Assembly: GCA_002189035.1 (NCBI GenBank)
Contig: NEEC01000017.1
Location: 2,294,001 to 2,358,000 of the forward strand
Length of the DNA stretch: 64,000 bases
Reading direction: 5' to 3'
From: Utricularia gibba
Lineage: Eukaryota; Plantae; Magnoliophyta
The translations under genes were made by a program, and so were the position numbers. This document shows, piece by piece, positions 11,211-23,558 of this stretch. The notes below the pieces were generated by a model. It was not told where the DNA came from and ran no database searches. It saw nothing but the letters and a program-made list of their open reading frames with translations. Position 1 is the first letter of the stretch, and each line of letters opens with the position of its first letter.

Positions 11211-12327
11211 ATGGGGTTGCAGTGGATTGTGCTGGCGTACGTTGTGGCGGTGGAGACGGCGGTGGCGGTTATCTTGACGTTGCCATCGCCGAAAGCTGTG
11301 AAATCTCGTATTGTGTCGCTTGTCTCTCTTATTCTCCAACCATCCCTATTTGTTGTGCCCTTCTCTGGATTTCAGCTTCTGGGTACGGAATTATCTTTTT
11401 ACTCGATTTGATTTTCCATTTCTAGTCTTGTGTTTCTTTCCTTCTTATATTGCGGCAACTGGATTTGTGGTTGGTGTTAGACATTTATTGGAAGAATGAG
11501 CATAGGCTGATGTGTGTCGGAGAGACCTGCACTGCGGCTGAAAGGGATCGATATGAGAAATCGGTAATTTCTTGCAAGACTCTTGTTGATTCCTCGAAAT
11601 GAGTAGTAGATTCCGTTCATAACAATATAGTGTTGCAAATTGAGCATGGGCTAACTTCCACTTCAATGTCTGTGTTGCTGTTGTATTCTTGGAGTGCCAA
11701 CTTTGTGTTTCTGTGTCCCCATATTCATTCAATTGATTTTAGATCAACTTGGGTGGTTGGCTTGTATAGTCAAGCAACAGCGATTAGGATCACCCATTGT
11801 CTGTAAATATTCTGCTAAAGCATGAAATTAGAAAGCATGATCGTATAACCGTTGTATGGCTGAAACCCTTCATCCAAGTGAAGCTACCCAAACAAAATGA
11901 ACTACTCAACAGAACACTCTTGGGTGACTTCACGCCCCTAAATTGGGACGCTAGCGTAGTCTGGGTATTTCACAATACTGAAACTGAGTTTTCGTGTGTA
12001 TGTGATATCGTGCTGTTGGGAAATGTTGCATGAACATATGAAGCTGCAACTAGTAAACAGAACATTCTGGTAGATCCGCCATTTCAGCCATGCTCACACG
12101 AACTTCTTCTGTCTGTGCAGATCTTCAAGGCCCAGAGGAACTCAGTGATGTGCGTGGCAGCCTGCCTCCTGTACTGGTAAGAAACTCCCCACTCCCTTGA
12201 ATCCCCACACTCCGCGCTCGAACTCTTGTCCATGCTTCCATACTGCAGGATCATTTACCGCATATGCAAGTACAACAGAGAGATCCAGAGGCTGGAGGAG
12301 TTGGAGAAGAGGTACAAAGATGAGTGA
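11211..12327 (+). CDS. B-cell receptor-associated protein 31 (BAP31)-like small membrane protein
   Basis: Four exons: MGLQWIVLAYVVAVETAVAVILTLPSPK...FQLL|DIYWKNEHRLMCVGETCTAAERDRYEKS|IFKAQRNSVMCVAACLLYW|IIYRICKYNREIQRLEELEKRYKDE*. Confidence 0.85.
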
Positions 12328-12715
12328 GCAAGCGAGCTACTCTGAAACACGTGTTCTGTTGCAAGAGGAGCAGTCAGTTAATTCTTCTTTCGCTTCGTGC
12401 TCCCATTCTCTACATGAACAAGAGTGATAAACAATTGAGCTTCTGGTGCTTCTGTATTCTTCTGCCGGTTGGATCAATGGAAGGTTTTCTGTATTTTAAC
12501 ATAATAATATGTTAAATGTATTTTTAATTATATTTATATTTAGTTATATAAATACTTATATATACTATTAATTAAAATATTATAAACAAATTCTTGTGAA
12601 GATACAAATTTACCCCTCATGTGTATTTTGTTTTGGTGGTAAGTAATCATCCTTCCATTCATTTCACCGGTTGCTTTTTTGGAAAATGAACGGGAGTGGG
12701 GCCGCCGCCGGTACA

Positions 12716-13029
12716 GAATATCCGTCAGCAGATTCCATGAGATCCCTTCTAATATTCTTATTTTTTGAGTTTAAAAATGATAAAAATTCAAATCCAATCA
12801 ACCATTATTTTTATGATTGGTTTTTATTATTTTAAATTTAATATAATTCATAAGAATAATAATATGCAATTAGATTTCGTATTTGGGATTAGATTCGGTT
12901 TTCAAACCATAAAATCCAAATCCAGACGAAAAATAGATGGTGTCCGGGTGGCACCTGGAGTTGGCCATGAAACGGCGTCGTTGGAGCCTCATATTCCACC
13001 GCATATTCGCTTCCCCATGGCGCATATTC
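12716..13029. promoter_or_regulatory. Cluster of P1BS (GNATATNC) phosphate-starvation elements
   Basis: GAATATCC 12716-12723, GCATATTC 13001-13008 and GCATATTC 13022-13029, plus near-match TCATATTC at ~12989, upstream of the phosphatase ATG at 13239. Confidence 0.7.
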
Positions 13030-13238
13030 CCCGCTGAACCAGAGGCATCTTCTTTACGTAGCCTCTCCCTCCCTCTCTCTCCACAGTCGCTCTAATATCC
13101 AACAATCCAAACAACGCACCACATTTGGTGTATATATATCCAGATACCTGACGCCACAATCTTTCCATCACCATAGTCGCGAATTCTCGTGATCCTGGAC
13201 CTCTCTTTTTGATTTCTCCTTCACCTAGTCGCGGAGCC

Positions 13239-14706
13239 ATGGCCGGAACCCACGACAATATTTCCATGGTTCTGCTTTGCTTCCTCTTCCTCGCCACGGT
13301 GCCCCTTCTCACCTCCTCCTCCGTCCTCCGCACGCTCCACCACGCCTCGGAAAACGACGGATCTCTCCGGTTCCTGGTCATCGGCGATTGGGGACGAAGA
13401 GGCGACTACAACCAATCGCTCGTCGCCGCTCAGGTACGTCAATCCCAATCCCAATCCCTCATCCTCCTCGTCCCGCGTTTTCCCTGAAAAAATCTTCCAA
13501 ATCGGTGCCAGATGGGGAGAATCGCGGCCGAGATGCGTACGGAATTTGTCGTCTCGACGGGAGACAACTTCTACGACAACGGATTGGAAGGAGAGGCCGA
13601 TCCCGCCTTCCTCCAGTCCTTCACAAACGTCTACACCGCCCCCAGTCTCCAGACCAAATGGTTTCTCGGTAATTACCGCATTCCTTCCCAATTTCAAATT
13701 TATCCAAAATTAAGCATTGCCTTAAACTTACTTAAATCCACGTTCAACGTAATTAATCTGGTAATTAATCCAGTTTTGGGTAACCACGATTACCGTGGAG
13801 ACGTCCTCGCCCAACTCGCCCCTTCCCTCAGGCAAATTGACCGCAGGTGGATCTGCATGAGATCCTTCATAGTTAACACAGGTACTCACCATATTTTCTA
13901 TTCTTTTCTTTTTTCTTTCTTTTTTTATTTAATTTTCATTTTTTTTAATATGCAGAAATTGCGGAATTATTCTTCGTGGATACCACTCCCTTTGTGGAGG
14001 ACTACGTGACCGGACGAGACGGTCATACGTACGACTGGCGCGGGATCACCCCGGTCAAAAACTATACCTCCCATTTACTGGAGGTATTTTTCAAATTCAA
14101 AATTAATAATTGTTTTTTATTATTTTTATAATATATGTATTATAATAGGAGCTTGAGTTGGCGCTGAAACGATCAAACGCGAGCTGGAAGATCGTGGTAG
14201 GGCATCACGCGATTCGCAGCGTCGGGCACCACGGCGACACTACGGAGCTCATTGATCAGCTTCTTCCGATCCTTCAGGTACCTTTTTGTTGTTTCTTCTT
14301 TTGCGACCGTACGTAGATACACGGTTTGACGCCGGGGATCGAATGGTTAGGCCAACAACGTGGATTTGTACCTGAATGGGCACGATCACTGCCTGGAGAG
14401 GATAAGCGACGCGAAAAGGTACGGAGGCGTCGGTGTTGTGCTACAGATTTTGGTTTGATTTTGTAGTGAATTTGGTGGTGGTTATTGTGCAGCCCGTTGC
14501 AGTTCATGACGAGTGGAGCGGGGTCGAAGGCGTGGAGAGGGGACGTGAAGAACATGAATGAGGAGGGGCTGAAGTTCTTCTACGACGGCCAAGGCTTCAT
14601 GTCGCTCCACTTGACGCAGACGGACGCCCGCGCCACTTTCTACGACGTCTTCGGCCGGGTTCTGCATACCTGGCACCGATCGAAGGAGCTGCACACCGAC
14701 TTCTGA
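13239..14706 (+). CDS. Purple acid phosphatase, low-molecular-weight type (PAP17/PAP3/PAP8-like)
   Basis: Seven exons with signal peptide and metallophosphoesterase motifs GDWG, GDNFY, GNHD, VGHH and GHDH, then [11 protein letters not shown]. All junctions checked in frame. Confidence 0.95.
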
Positions 14707-14933
14707 TGCTGCTTGAGTAACGCCATTGCCTGTAACATGATTACTCCAGAGAAGAGGAGAACGCCTTGTAGAATAGAGAAGAATAGAATAGATCCTCTAA
14801 AATGAATCGATTCAGTGTTGTATTCTAGAACCATCTAGAATAAACCATGGGGATAACTTCCTAAACTTTACAAAGGGAATGATGCACCTCCAATCATAGG
14901 GTAGAGGAGAACGGTGTGTGTTCATCTCTTCTG

Positions 14934-17338
14934 CTAAAACACACCAAAGAAAGTCGCAACTGCGAAAACTAAGAACAGAACTCCGCCAATGTATCCAACC
15001 TGATGAAGAAGCAAGTGAGGGTGTTCAGATAGCAGCAAACAAGGGAGGTGTGATGCAGGTTAGAAATTGTACCAGCTTCTCCGAGATGTATTTTGACAGA
15101 AATTCTCCTCCGATGATCGCAATTGAAGTGGCCACCAAGTGACCGGTGATGGCTCCGCTCGCCACTCCCCAGGGTGACTGCTGAGAGATGCTTATCAGAA
15201 AGAACGCATAAAGAGATTAGTTCCACTGTTTGGAACTGATTCAGCTTCACCCCTCATGGAGAAAAAGGTGAAAGATGAATCTTTTCCAAACATGGTCGGA
15301 GCAGCAGTTGAAAAGGTAATTGCCTGAGCTGCACCAAGAGCGATCGTCGCAAGCATCGAACGGTCTCCCCATTCCTGGAAAACAGAAGCCAACATCTTAC
15401 TTCAGAACCCCAGCATTCAAAAGCAAATGCATCACAGATGCTTACCGCAAAGAATACAAGGCTGAATGATTTCCAGAGGACCTCGAGAGGATTCGAAAGT
15501 CGTTTTGCTACCTGTGAGTTACTTGTATAAATGTCAGGGTAAAGGAATACCATCCACACGGTTGATAAGAAAGTATGGTGTTAGTATCACCTTCTCTTTC
15601 ACAAGCTCCTCGGCTTCGGCATATTCGTCTGATTCTTCAGTTCTGTCCTCCCCATCAGTTTTAGCCCCCGCTGGTGGTGCATCCCATGCACCCTTTATTG
15701 ATTTGAATCCAAAGAACAATAAAAGTGCAACAGCCGTATATTCTCCAACAGGTAAAGCTGCCGGAAAGATCAAACAGTATCGAGAGCAAGAATGATTGAA
15801 TGATCACACTCTTTGTAGAAGCCAGAACCAACTTCATAAATTGTAAAGCCGCTTACTTGTCTGAAACTGTGCTGGAACCGAATGGAATATCATGCCAATT
15901 ATAACAGATAGAACACTCATAAGTGACAATGCAGCCATTGATCCGAGAAGAACCTGATCATGTAAAAGAAATCTCTCAATTGAATAGCTATTGCTTCACA
16001 TACGAGTTAAGTGTGGGGTATGGTATCACACCAGAACTTTGTCATACTGCATGGCCAAGAGCGCCGCAATGAAGAATGTCTGAAACAGAATCAGTGTATA
16101 ATAATCTGTCCAATCCAGAATACAAACAAGAAAACAAGACACACCATGCACAAAAGTAATCTATGAGTAACTGTATAGAATACGGAGACAAAAGAGATAA
16201 GATAAGCAAAGGAGGAAATAATCTTTACTGTACCTTGTCTCCAATTTCCGAAACAAATATCAAAGAAAATGCAGCAGTGAAGCCAGACTTTGCAATGGCT
16301 TGCAAGATTGACGATGGACCTTTGGTGATAATAAAAGGCACAAGCGAGAAAATGCATGCACACAGCACAACAACTGCAAGGATATAATACGGGATTCGAC
16401 TTGGAGATGCATCACTGCAAGAAACTTAAAGAATTTGAGACAAATATCCATAAGGGAGAATGGAAAAAGCTGAATTTCGTTAGATTATCTCTAGAGATAA
16501 TGAATAAGGTGAGGTTTTATAGAGTTGTTTCCTACCATGTTTTCTTCTCTTCTATTCAGCTTCAGCCTAGTAAATTTTCCTAGAACAGTAAAAAATGTCG
16601 TTTTTCTTCAAACAAAGCTTACTCCTTTGATCATTTATCTAAATTTTTTCATTACAACGGTGCCCTAACTAAGTTCATTAAGTAAAAAAGCTCCCTGTTC
16701 TACGGATACATTTTAAGTGAGTAAAGGTACCAATCACTGACTTTTTAGAAGGAGAATGGCTATGCTGTGCTTCCAAAGAGGAACTCAGCCCATCATCTCT
16801 CTGCTCATCTTCATAGTTCCCAGTTCCAACATTTAATGCCTGTGCTCTTATGTCTCTTCTGTCAACACCCAACTTCAATATCACCCTATTTCTTGCTGTA
16901 ATACCAGAAACATTTGCTTTAACAATTGATCGATAAGGGTAACGAACAAGATCCCAAATCAAATCAATCAACAACACAGAGCTGAAATGTTATTCGAGTG
17001 GCAAAATGACTGAGATCCTGTGCTAGAACGGAAGAAGCAACAACATCACTAAAAAAAAGACAGAACCGAAATGTTAATCATGTTGCAAATTGATTGAGCT
17101 GCTAAACTGCTGGAATGGATGAAGCAAAACCATCAGTCAAAAAGATCGAAACTTCATTTTGCGTTTGAGCTTAATTAACAGTAACAGATACCCAAGAGAA
17201 CCCACGTGAACACGAGGATGACGACGAAGTTTTTCTGGGCAGAGAAGGAATGTGATCAATATCTCCAAAATGGCGGTGGGTCTTTCTCCCGGAACTAGAT
17301 AAGATATGGGGAGGCGCTTGGGAAGCCAATACTTGCAT
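14934..17338 (-). CDS. GDT1-like protein 2, chloroplastic (PAM71-HL/CMT1-type Mn2+ transporter)
   Basis: Multi-exon. Two UPF0016 motifs (VSEIGDK; FAEWGDRSMLATIALGAAQSPWGVASG), C-terminus VGYIGGVLFLVFAVATFFGVF*, and an S/R-rich transit-like N-terminus from the ATG at 17338. Not every 5' exon boundary was resolved. Confidence 0.9.
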
Positions 17339-18277
17339 TTTTCCTTCGTAATCTCCTCTTTTACAGTATCCCGGCTACCATTTCAGATGAATTCTCCAAA
17401 TTTCTACGCCAAACAGAAAGAAACGGGGTCTCCTTTTAGAGATACTGGTGAGAACTGAGAAGATATCCCTCTGCAATCTAGTTACACAACTGGAATTTTG
17501 CAGCCTCCTCAGAACTACATTGTTTCAATAACCCCCCAAAAGATATGAAAATTTCATTAAGCCACCAAAAGAAGAGGAAAATGGCATTAAACCCCAAATG
17601 ATTACGTCATCACAATTAAGCTTTTAATTACTACATAATGCAACATTAATTACTGTGATATTTCATATTTAAACTGACGTCTTTTCAGTATCCCCAAGTT
17701 GCCCCCGATCGTTGGAGAAGGAGATCCTGCCCTACACCAAGTCTATGCAAATATACGTGTCTCCCTCCCTATTCGCTTCTCTCCCCATGAGAAAGTTTCT
17801 AGTTTTGAGTGACAGCTTTTTCGTGAACCCATTTTTCACAATTCCAAGTGCATTCGATATTCGCCTTTTCCTCCTGCGCCCCTTTTGAAGAAGATGGGTT
17901 AAAATCTCGACGAAAAAACCTACTCCAGCAGCCACCCGGCTCTTCCTTCTCTGGGTAAGTGGTCTTCATCTGGTTTTTCACTGTTTTCGGTCTTTTTCTT
18001 TTCAAACCAGCCAAACCCATGTCGCTGTTTTTCTAGTTTTGAATCAGTAGAGATCTGCTGTTGAAAAAAAAAAATACTAAGCATTGAGTGCGTTTCCGTT
18101 TAACGCGAGTCTCCCTGTTGCTTCTGGCTCAATGTATTGTTAAGTTGGGTGGTAAAGGGAGACTCTTTCGTTGCTTCGGGTGTTTACGCAACTCAGGACC
18201 TGCATTTCGTTATCTGCATTCTGGGTTTCGTGTCTTTTTGCTAAGGATTGCTCCTCGTTGCATTAGTTTTGCGTATT

Positions 18278-19194
18278 ATGGATGGAGATGGAACTGGGGA
18301 TCCCAGAAATGTTGCTGCCGGCATGAATTTCAGAAATTGGGGATTTCTTCATCCTCCCTCAATGACCCACAAGAGCCACATTGGTCTTCAAATGGTGGTT
18401 GAGAAGCCTCTGTTTGGCGGGGTGGCTCATGAAACTCTCCCATCAATTCTTATGGCCTCTGCAAACGCCAGGCAGTTTCATAACCCAATGCCTGATTTTC
18501 ATGTACCTGCTGAGTACTGGATGAATCACAGTAAAGAAGATAAGTACACAAATGTTGTCTCTGGAAACAACATCCATTTGACTGCTATCATCAGCCACCA
18601 AGTTTTGGTCTTTCACTTGAAACATCGTCTTCTCATTCTGCTTATGCCCCTGTGCATCCCCATCAACCAAAGAACGTGGCTGCTGCCTGTGGAATTGAAG
18701 ATGTAGCTTCTGAACAGGATATTAGCAGCAGTGCTGCTGCCAATGGAAGGGTGGAAATGAAGAGAAGCGGCGGTGACAAAGCCCACAAGAAAGAAAAGAA
18801 ACCAAGAAACAGGACTCCTAGAAGTGATCCCACTCCCATCCACCGTTCCAGAATTCCAGGAAAGGCTGCTGAGATTACCATCAACGGAATCACTATGAAC
18901 ATCTCAGAACTCCCAATCCCTGTTTGCACATGCACAGGCACACCAAGACCATGTTACAGATGGGGATCCGGTGGCTGGCAATCCGCTTGCTGTACAACCT
19001 GTTTGTCTCTGTATCCTCTCCCAATGAGCACAAAGAGGCGTGGCGCAAGAATTGCTGGGAGAAAGATGAGCATTGGCGCTTTCAAGAAGGTGCTGGAGAA
19101 GCTCTCATCAGAAGGCTATGATTTCTCAACTCCGATCGACCTCAGGAGCTACTGGGCCAAGCATGGAACCAACAAGTTCGTCACAATCAGGTGA
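18278..19194 (+). CDS. BASIC PENTACYSTEINE / BBR GAGA-binding factor, class I; frameshifted near 18565
   Basis: C-terminal domain PIPVCTCTGTPRPCYRWGSGGWQSACCTT...WAKHGTNKFVTIR. The N-terminal half (MDGDG...RNWGF) is in a different frame. Confidence 0.9.
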
Positions 19195-19435
19195 AAGCTT
19201 CTGCTACTGTGTATATAAATGGAACGGCCTTAGCCTCCGCAGTAGAAAGTTTCTCTCTAGTTTCAGGGTGCAGAAGTTGCTTCGAGCACCGCCCACCGCC
19301 ATTTTGTAGCATGCGGCATGCCGCCGGCCTTCTATTTATCCTTCTCGTCTCCAACCTTCTTGTCTCATGGTTTTTGTAGTCAGTCCCTCGAGAACATGAA
19401 ACCAGTTTCCTTTACCGTACAACTGAGTTAAAAAT

Positions 19436-19516
19436 TATTTACCGCAGTCAATGTCTTCTACTGCACATTCTGCATCAGTACGGACACCTTCTTCAAAATA
19501 TTTACCGCAGTCAATG
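19436..19516 (+). repeat. Exact 18-bp direct repeat TATTTACCGCAGTCAATG, two copies 63 bp apart
   Basis: Copies at 19436-19453 and 19499-19516; each contains a reverse W-box core (AGTCAA). Confidence 0.8.
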
Positions 19517-20172
19517 CTCTCAAGGCGCATTGAGCTGACCATCTCTAATTCAAATTAATTAAATTTAATATTTCCTATAAATCAGATTTCTGAATTTTAA
19601 AATATCAAATATTTACGTCATAAATTATAAATAATTCAAACAAGTTAAATATTCATTATCATAATTATTGAAAAAATGGGTAATTTATGAAATATCAATT
19701 GGCTCAAATAAGAATAAAAATATATTTAATGATTTAAATTGGTATAATTTACCGATGAATATTTTAAATAATTGTGTACGGTAATAATCATTTAAATATA
19801 TATTTTTAAAAATTATTTTTAGTTATTTTTGTCGTCAACAAAATAAATTAGACGTTCAAATTAAAACTGACATACTTTTAATATTAAAACGAAATTATAA
19901 CATTTCAAATTAAAAATATACTGATTAAAAAATGAAATAAAAAATAGCTTCAATTGCAATTTTCCTTATTTATATTATTTTAAGTAATTTTATGGGGCAT
20001 CATGGACCGTTGTTAAATTTAGTAACAACAATGAGTGCGTGGCCTCGAAATGCAAATGCAATTAAAATTGCATTCAAACGCAATTTTCGAGAACCTTAAT
20101 TTCCATTTGAACAAACAACCATACAAAAAGGCCCTAGAAGTCACTCGGTGTGCCAACACGGAGACAGTGAGG

Positions 20173-20499
20173 ATGGAAGAAGGGGCGGGGCTACCCCAAC
20201 TGAAGGGATCCGACTCCGGCGCGGCGGCGCAGTACACGAGCCTCAGGGAAGTCATGGTGTCGACCGGCTCACCCAGCAGCAGCTGCGATGGGAGACACCC
20301 CTTTGAGCCGTTCAGTGTGCAGATTAGGAACAGGTTGCTGAAGCACGCCGCCTCTGCTTACGTGCTCTCCGCCATGAGGGCCACCGGTGCCGGTGAAGAA
20401 GGATGCTTCTGCTCGTCGTGGGTCGGCCTGCTTGATCGCCTCTGCAGGAAATCCATGGAGTTCTTCCGCTGGGTTCTTGGAGGAGATGGCGCTGTTTAG
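20173..20499 (+). CDS. Uncharacterised plant-specific small protein (YTSL...IRNRLLKHAASAY family), 108 aa
   Basis: Intronless GC-rich ORF with motifs QYTSLREV and VQIRNRLLKHAASAYV, resembling a recalled plant family (YTSLKD...IRNRLVKQAAWAY). Confidence 0.7.
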   Translation: MEEGAGLPQLKGSDSGAAAQYTSLREVMVSTGSPSSSCDGRHPFEPFSVQIRNRLLKHAASAYVLSAMRATGAGEEGCFCSSWVGLLDRLCRKSMEFFRWVLGGDGAV

Positions 20500-21031
20500 C
20501 CATGATTGTACCATTACAAAATGAGTTCAATCAATAAGAGTTTTTGAGTGAAAGCTACAGCTGGGTCTCCGATGGCGATGCACGCCGACACGTCCGACGG
20601 CTCCGGACATATAGTCCTGGTTGCCACGGCCGCCGGGACTGCGCAATCCCGAGTTGCAGGAGCTGCACCAGGCCGTCATCCTCCACGTTCTCGTAGCACA
20701 CAAGTATAATGGGCCTAGAAGTAAGCCCAATCCAGCCCAGCCCATCATACTATATTGCGGGCCCCAGTTAAATTATATTTATTAATTTTAAAAAGCAGAA
20801 AAATACTGGCACAAAACTAGAAAAATGGAGGGAGTTGGCAGAAGCAAAAGGATGCGTAGTTGGAAAAGGGAAACCTCACCAACCCGACGGCTCACACACA
20901 CGGAAAAGCGCACATTCCCGTACATGCTCCCCATGTTGGATTGTACGCTTTTTGGAAAGGGAGAGAGAAGGGCTTGGTGGCATTGATGATAATTATTGAA
21001 ATTGAGTATGTGATATACACATGAAATCTAA

Positions 21032-21051
21032 ATATATATATATATATATAT
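21032..21051. repeat. (AT)10 microsatellite
   Basis: Read directly. Confidence 0.9.
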
Positions 21052-21444
21052 GATGAATATAAATCATATTAAAAGAGATTTAAATTAATTGATTACTATT
21101 AATCCATAATATTTTATATAATTTAATGTATGGTTTGTTGTAATAGTTATCTGTTTAGGCAATCAATGGCATAGAAGCTGAGAGATATCGATAGAGCTAC
21201 TTGCATTGATTTCTTATACAGAGATTGGTTTAAAAACCAGCAACCGGGAACGTTGCAGTGTTCGTTTCTTATCAGCTGAGCCTCTTCCCAGATAGGATGG
21301 AGGGCTCTATTTACAAAAAAACGCCACAAACATTCACTTCAGATGAGCTTTTTTCCAGGAGAGGATCCTAGCAGTAGTTTCTTCTGCGTCGCTGGTGTGT
21401 GTGGTTAACATTAGAGGATCTGCATCTTCTTCTACAGTTGGAAG

Positions 21445-22267
21445 TCACAGGGTTTGGTCCTCCGTCAGCTGACAAATGAATGCTTCTAGTGCTTCTCTCA
21501 TCCACGGCTGAGTACAAGCTTCCTTGGCTTCTGTAACTGTCATCTGGAAAGTTGCAACCTCCCATATCAGCAGCAGTTGCACATGTCTATGAAGCGTTCG
21601 TTAGAGTTTGAAAGGAAACGCACCCAAATTCGTCGTCGGAGACCTTTCTCCGGCCATATGTCCAGTTCTTCGGTGACTAACAAGGGGAAAACGGATCCCT
21701 TGTGAAACTTTTCCTGGGTTTTGCTCTTGAAGGTCCATTCACCTAATTTTTTCTGCAAGAAACGTGGAAGTTGGGCATAAAGTGGCGCTTGCACCAAAGA
21801 TGGGAAACGTAAAGGGGAGGCTCTTACACCAAGCATGCCTCTCACACCAGCTTCTTCCAGAGTCTCTCGAGAGGCAGCCAACTCTATGTTCTCGTCTAGT
21901 TCCCAGCCACCCTGACGATATGAAGAGCAAATCAGAACCACAGGCCGTCGTCAACACAAGGGAAAGATCAAATGGAACGAAGGAGACCTTGGGAAACATC
22001 ATGTTTGCGCTCTTCTGAGAGGTTATCAGAAGAACCTGCACGTCTTCAATTCCAGGCCCTTGAATTCTGTAGGGAATACACCTGAAACCAAAATAGAAAA
22101 CGACCCATAAACCCAAAAACTTTGGAAAAACAAGAAGAGAACGACAACCACCACCCAGAAACGGGATGCGCATCATACCCCACAACAAGACGATACCCCT
22201 GATTATATCTCTGCAACAGCCTTCCCGTACGTGAAGGCAAAATCGGACCCAGCATCTGGATTTGCAT
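21445..22267 (-). CDS. Nudix hydrolase, DIPP-type subfamily (NUDT17/18-like)
   Basis: Five exons: ...SRTGRLLQRYNQGYRLVVG|CIPYR...VLLITSQK...FPK|GGWELDENIELAASRETLEEAGVRG (Nudix box)...WPEK...|MTVTEAKEAC...L*. Confidence 0.92.
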
Positions 22268-23208
22268 GAGGAACTCGAAAAAGCGGAAGCTTTTTTTTCC
22301 CTTTTCTGATGGAAGATAAGCAGAAGGGGTTGGATTGATGAAGCAGAGACCGCAGCCCCAGGAATTTATGGATACTGTGGCGGGGAGGGGATGGTGGTTA
22401 GGCGTTGGTCTCAGTCATCCATCACGCGCTGATTTAGCAGCACAAAAATATTCGTGGATGTGCACAATGTCGATACCATTGCATCGAATCATCAACTTTT
22501 TTTCCAAAACCACCAAAATAGCAATTCCATTCCAGTGGTTCTTCCTTATTACAAGTCCAAAAACAGTGTAATAATAAAACAAAGGAAGAGAGAATTCCAT
22601 GTACGTCCGAATCCACGTCAGCCTGTACTAAAAGTGAAAACTTGATTTTTATTTTCCAAGTATGTTATTTTAAAACAATGGGCTAATAGCATTTACGAGC
22701 CTTCGTTATATTATGGAAGTTGGGAAAAGTAGGAGCCATGTAGACCCAGTCATGTTCGCTGTTGGATGGCTAGTTTATCTTATAACATAATACTTTTCAT
22801 TAGCATGATGAGTAATTTGAGATTCTATTACGAACCCTAAACACGATATTGGTGACCCGAAAAACATGAAAATCGGGATTGATACGTGATAATCACTGTA
22901 CTACAAACATCCAACTTTTTTTTTTTGTTTTTGTATAAGGCAACACAGAGGAAGAAGAAGACTTGACGCAGACAGTGGGAGACCAAAACAAGGTGTGACG
23001 TGGATGGATGATGCCTCCACGTCACTGTGGTGGTCCCCAGTGAGGTCACAGGTCAGATCGGATCCGTCTGGGTCTGGATTGGATTGGATGGGGGATAGCC
23101 ACCACAAATTGACATTATTAATATTCATAATTATTTTTGTACTAAAATGAAATCGGCCCCACTGACGGTTGGGCCTATCCGTACATCAAAAGCATCCCCC
23201 AAAAGGTA

Positions 23209-23280
23209 CGCCGTTGCCGGGGATCGAACCCGGGTCACCTGCGTGACAGGCAGGTATACTCACCACTATACTACAACGAC
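23209..23280 (-). tRNA. trnD-GUC: tRNA-Asp (GTC)
   Basis: 72 nt GTCGTTGTAGTATAGTGGTGAGTATACCTGCCTGTCACGCAGGTGACCCGGGTTCGATCCCCGGCAACGGCG. Paired acceptor stem, A and B boxes, anticodon loop CT-GTC-AC and a downstream TTTT terminator. Confidence 0.97.
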
Positions 23281-23513
23281 GAGGATGCTGGAAAATGCTA
23301 GGTGAAATTACATTTCTTTTACTGCCTTGCCTAAACCAAAATATAATCGTGGATTCGCAACACGTGTACACAAGTGCAGATTAGGTGGAAGGGAAAATGA
23401 ACGTCATCCGTCTGTATGAGTTGCCACGTGTCTAAATAAGGCCCCCCTCCCCCCACAAATCTTGGTTTGCGGCAGTGCCCCCCAGAACAAACCAAGGCAA
23501 ATATTACTACATT

Positions 23514-23543
23514 CTGGCTGGCTGGCTGGCTGGCTGGCTGGCT
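23514..23543. repeat. (CTGG)7 tetranucleotide microsatellite in the ClpC 3' UTR
   Basis: Read directly; lies ~15 bp past the ClpC stop codon. Confidence 0.9.
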
Positions 23544-23558
23544 AAGCTTGAATCCTGT

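Noticed and set aside
16842-16865. miR156/157-like sequence TTGACAGAAGAGACATAAGAGCAC on the minus strand
   Set aside because: It lies inside a GDT1 coding exon (reads VDRRDIRA), has three extra bases relative to miR156, shows no evident star strand or hairpin, and is in the wrong orientation to be a target site.
23186-23371. 61-aa minus-strand ORF
   Set aside because: It is a chance translation through the tRNA-Asp gene.
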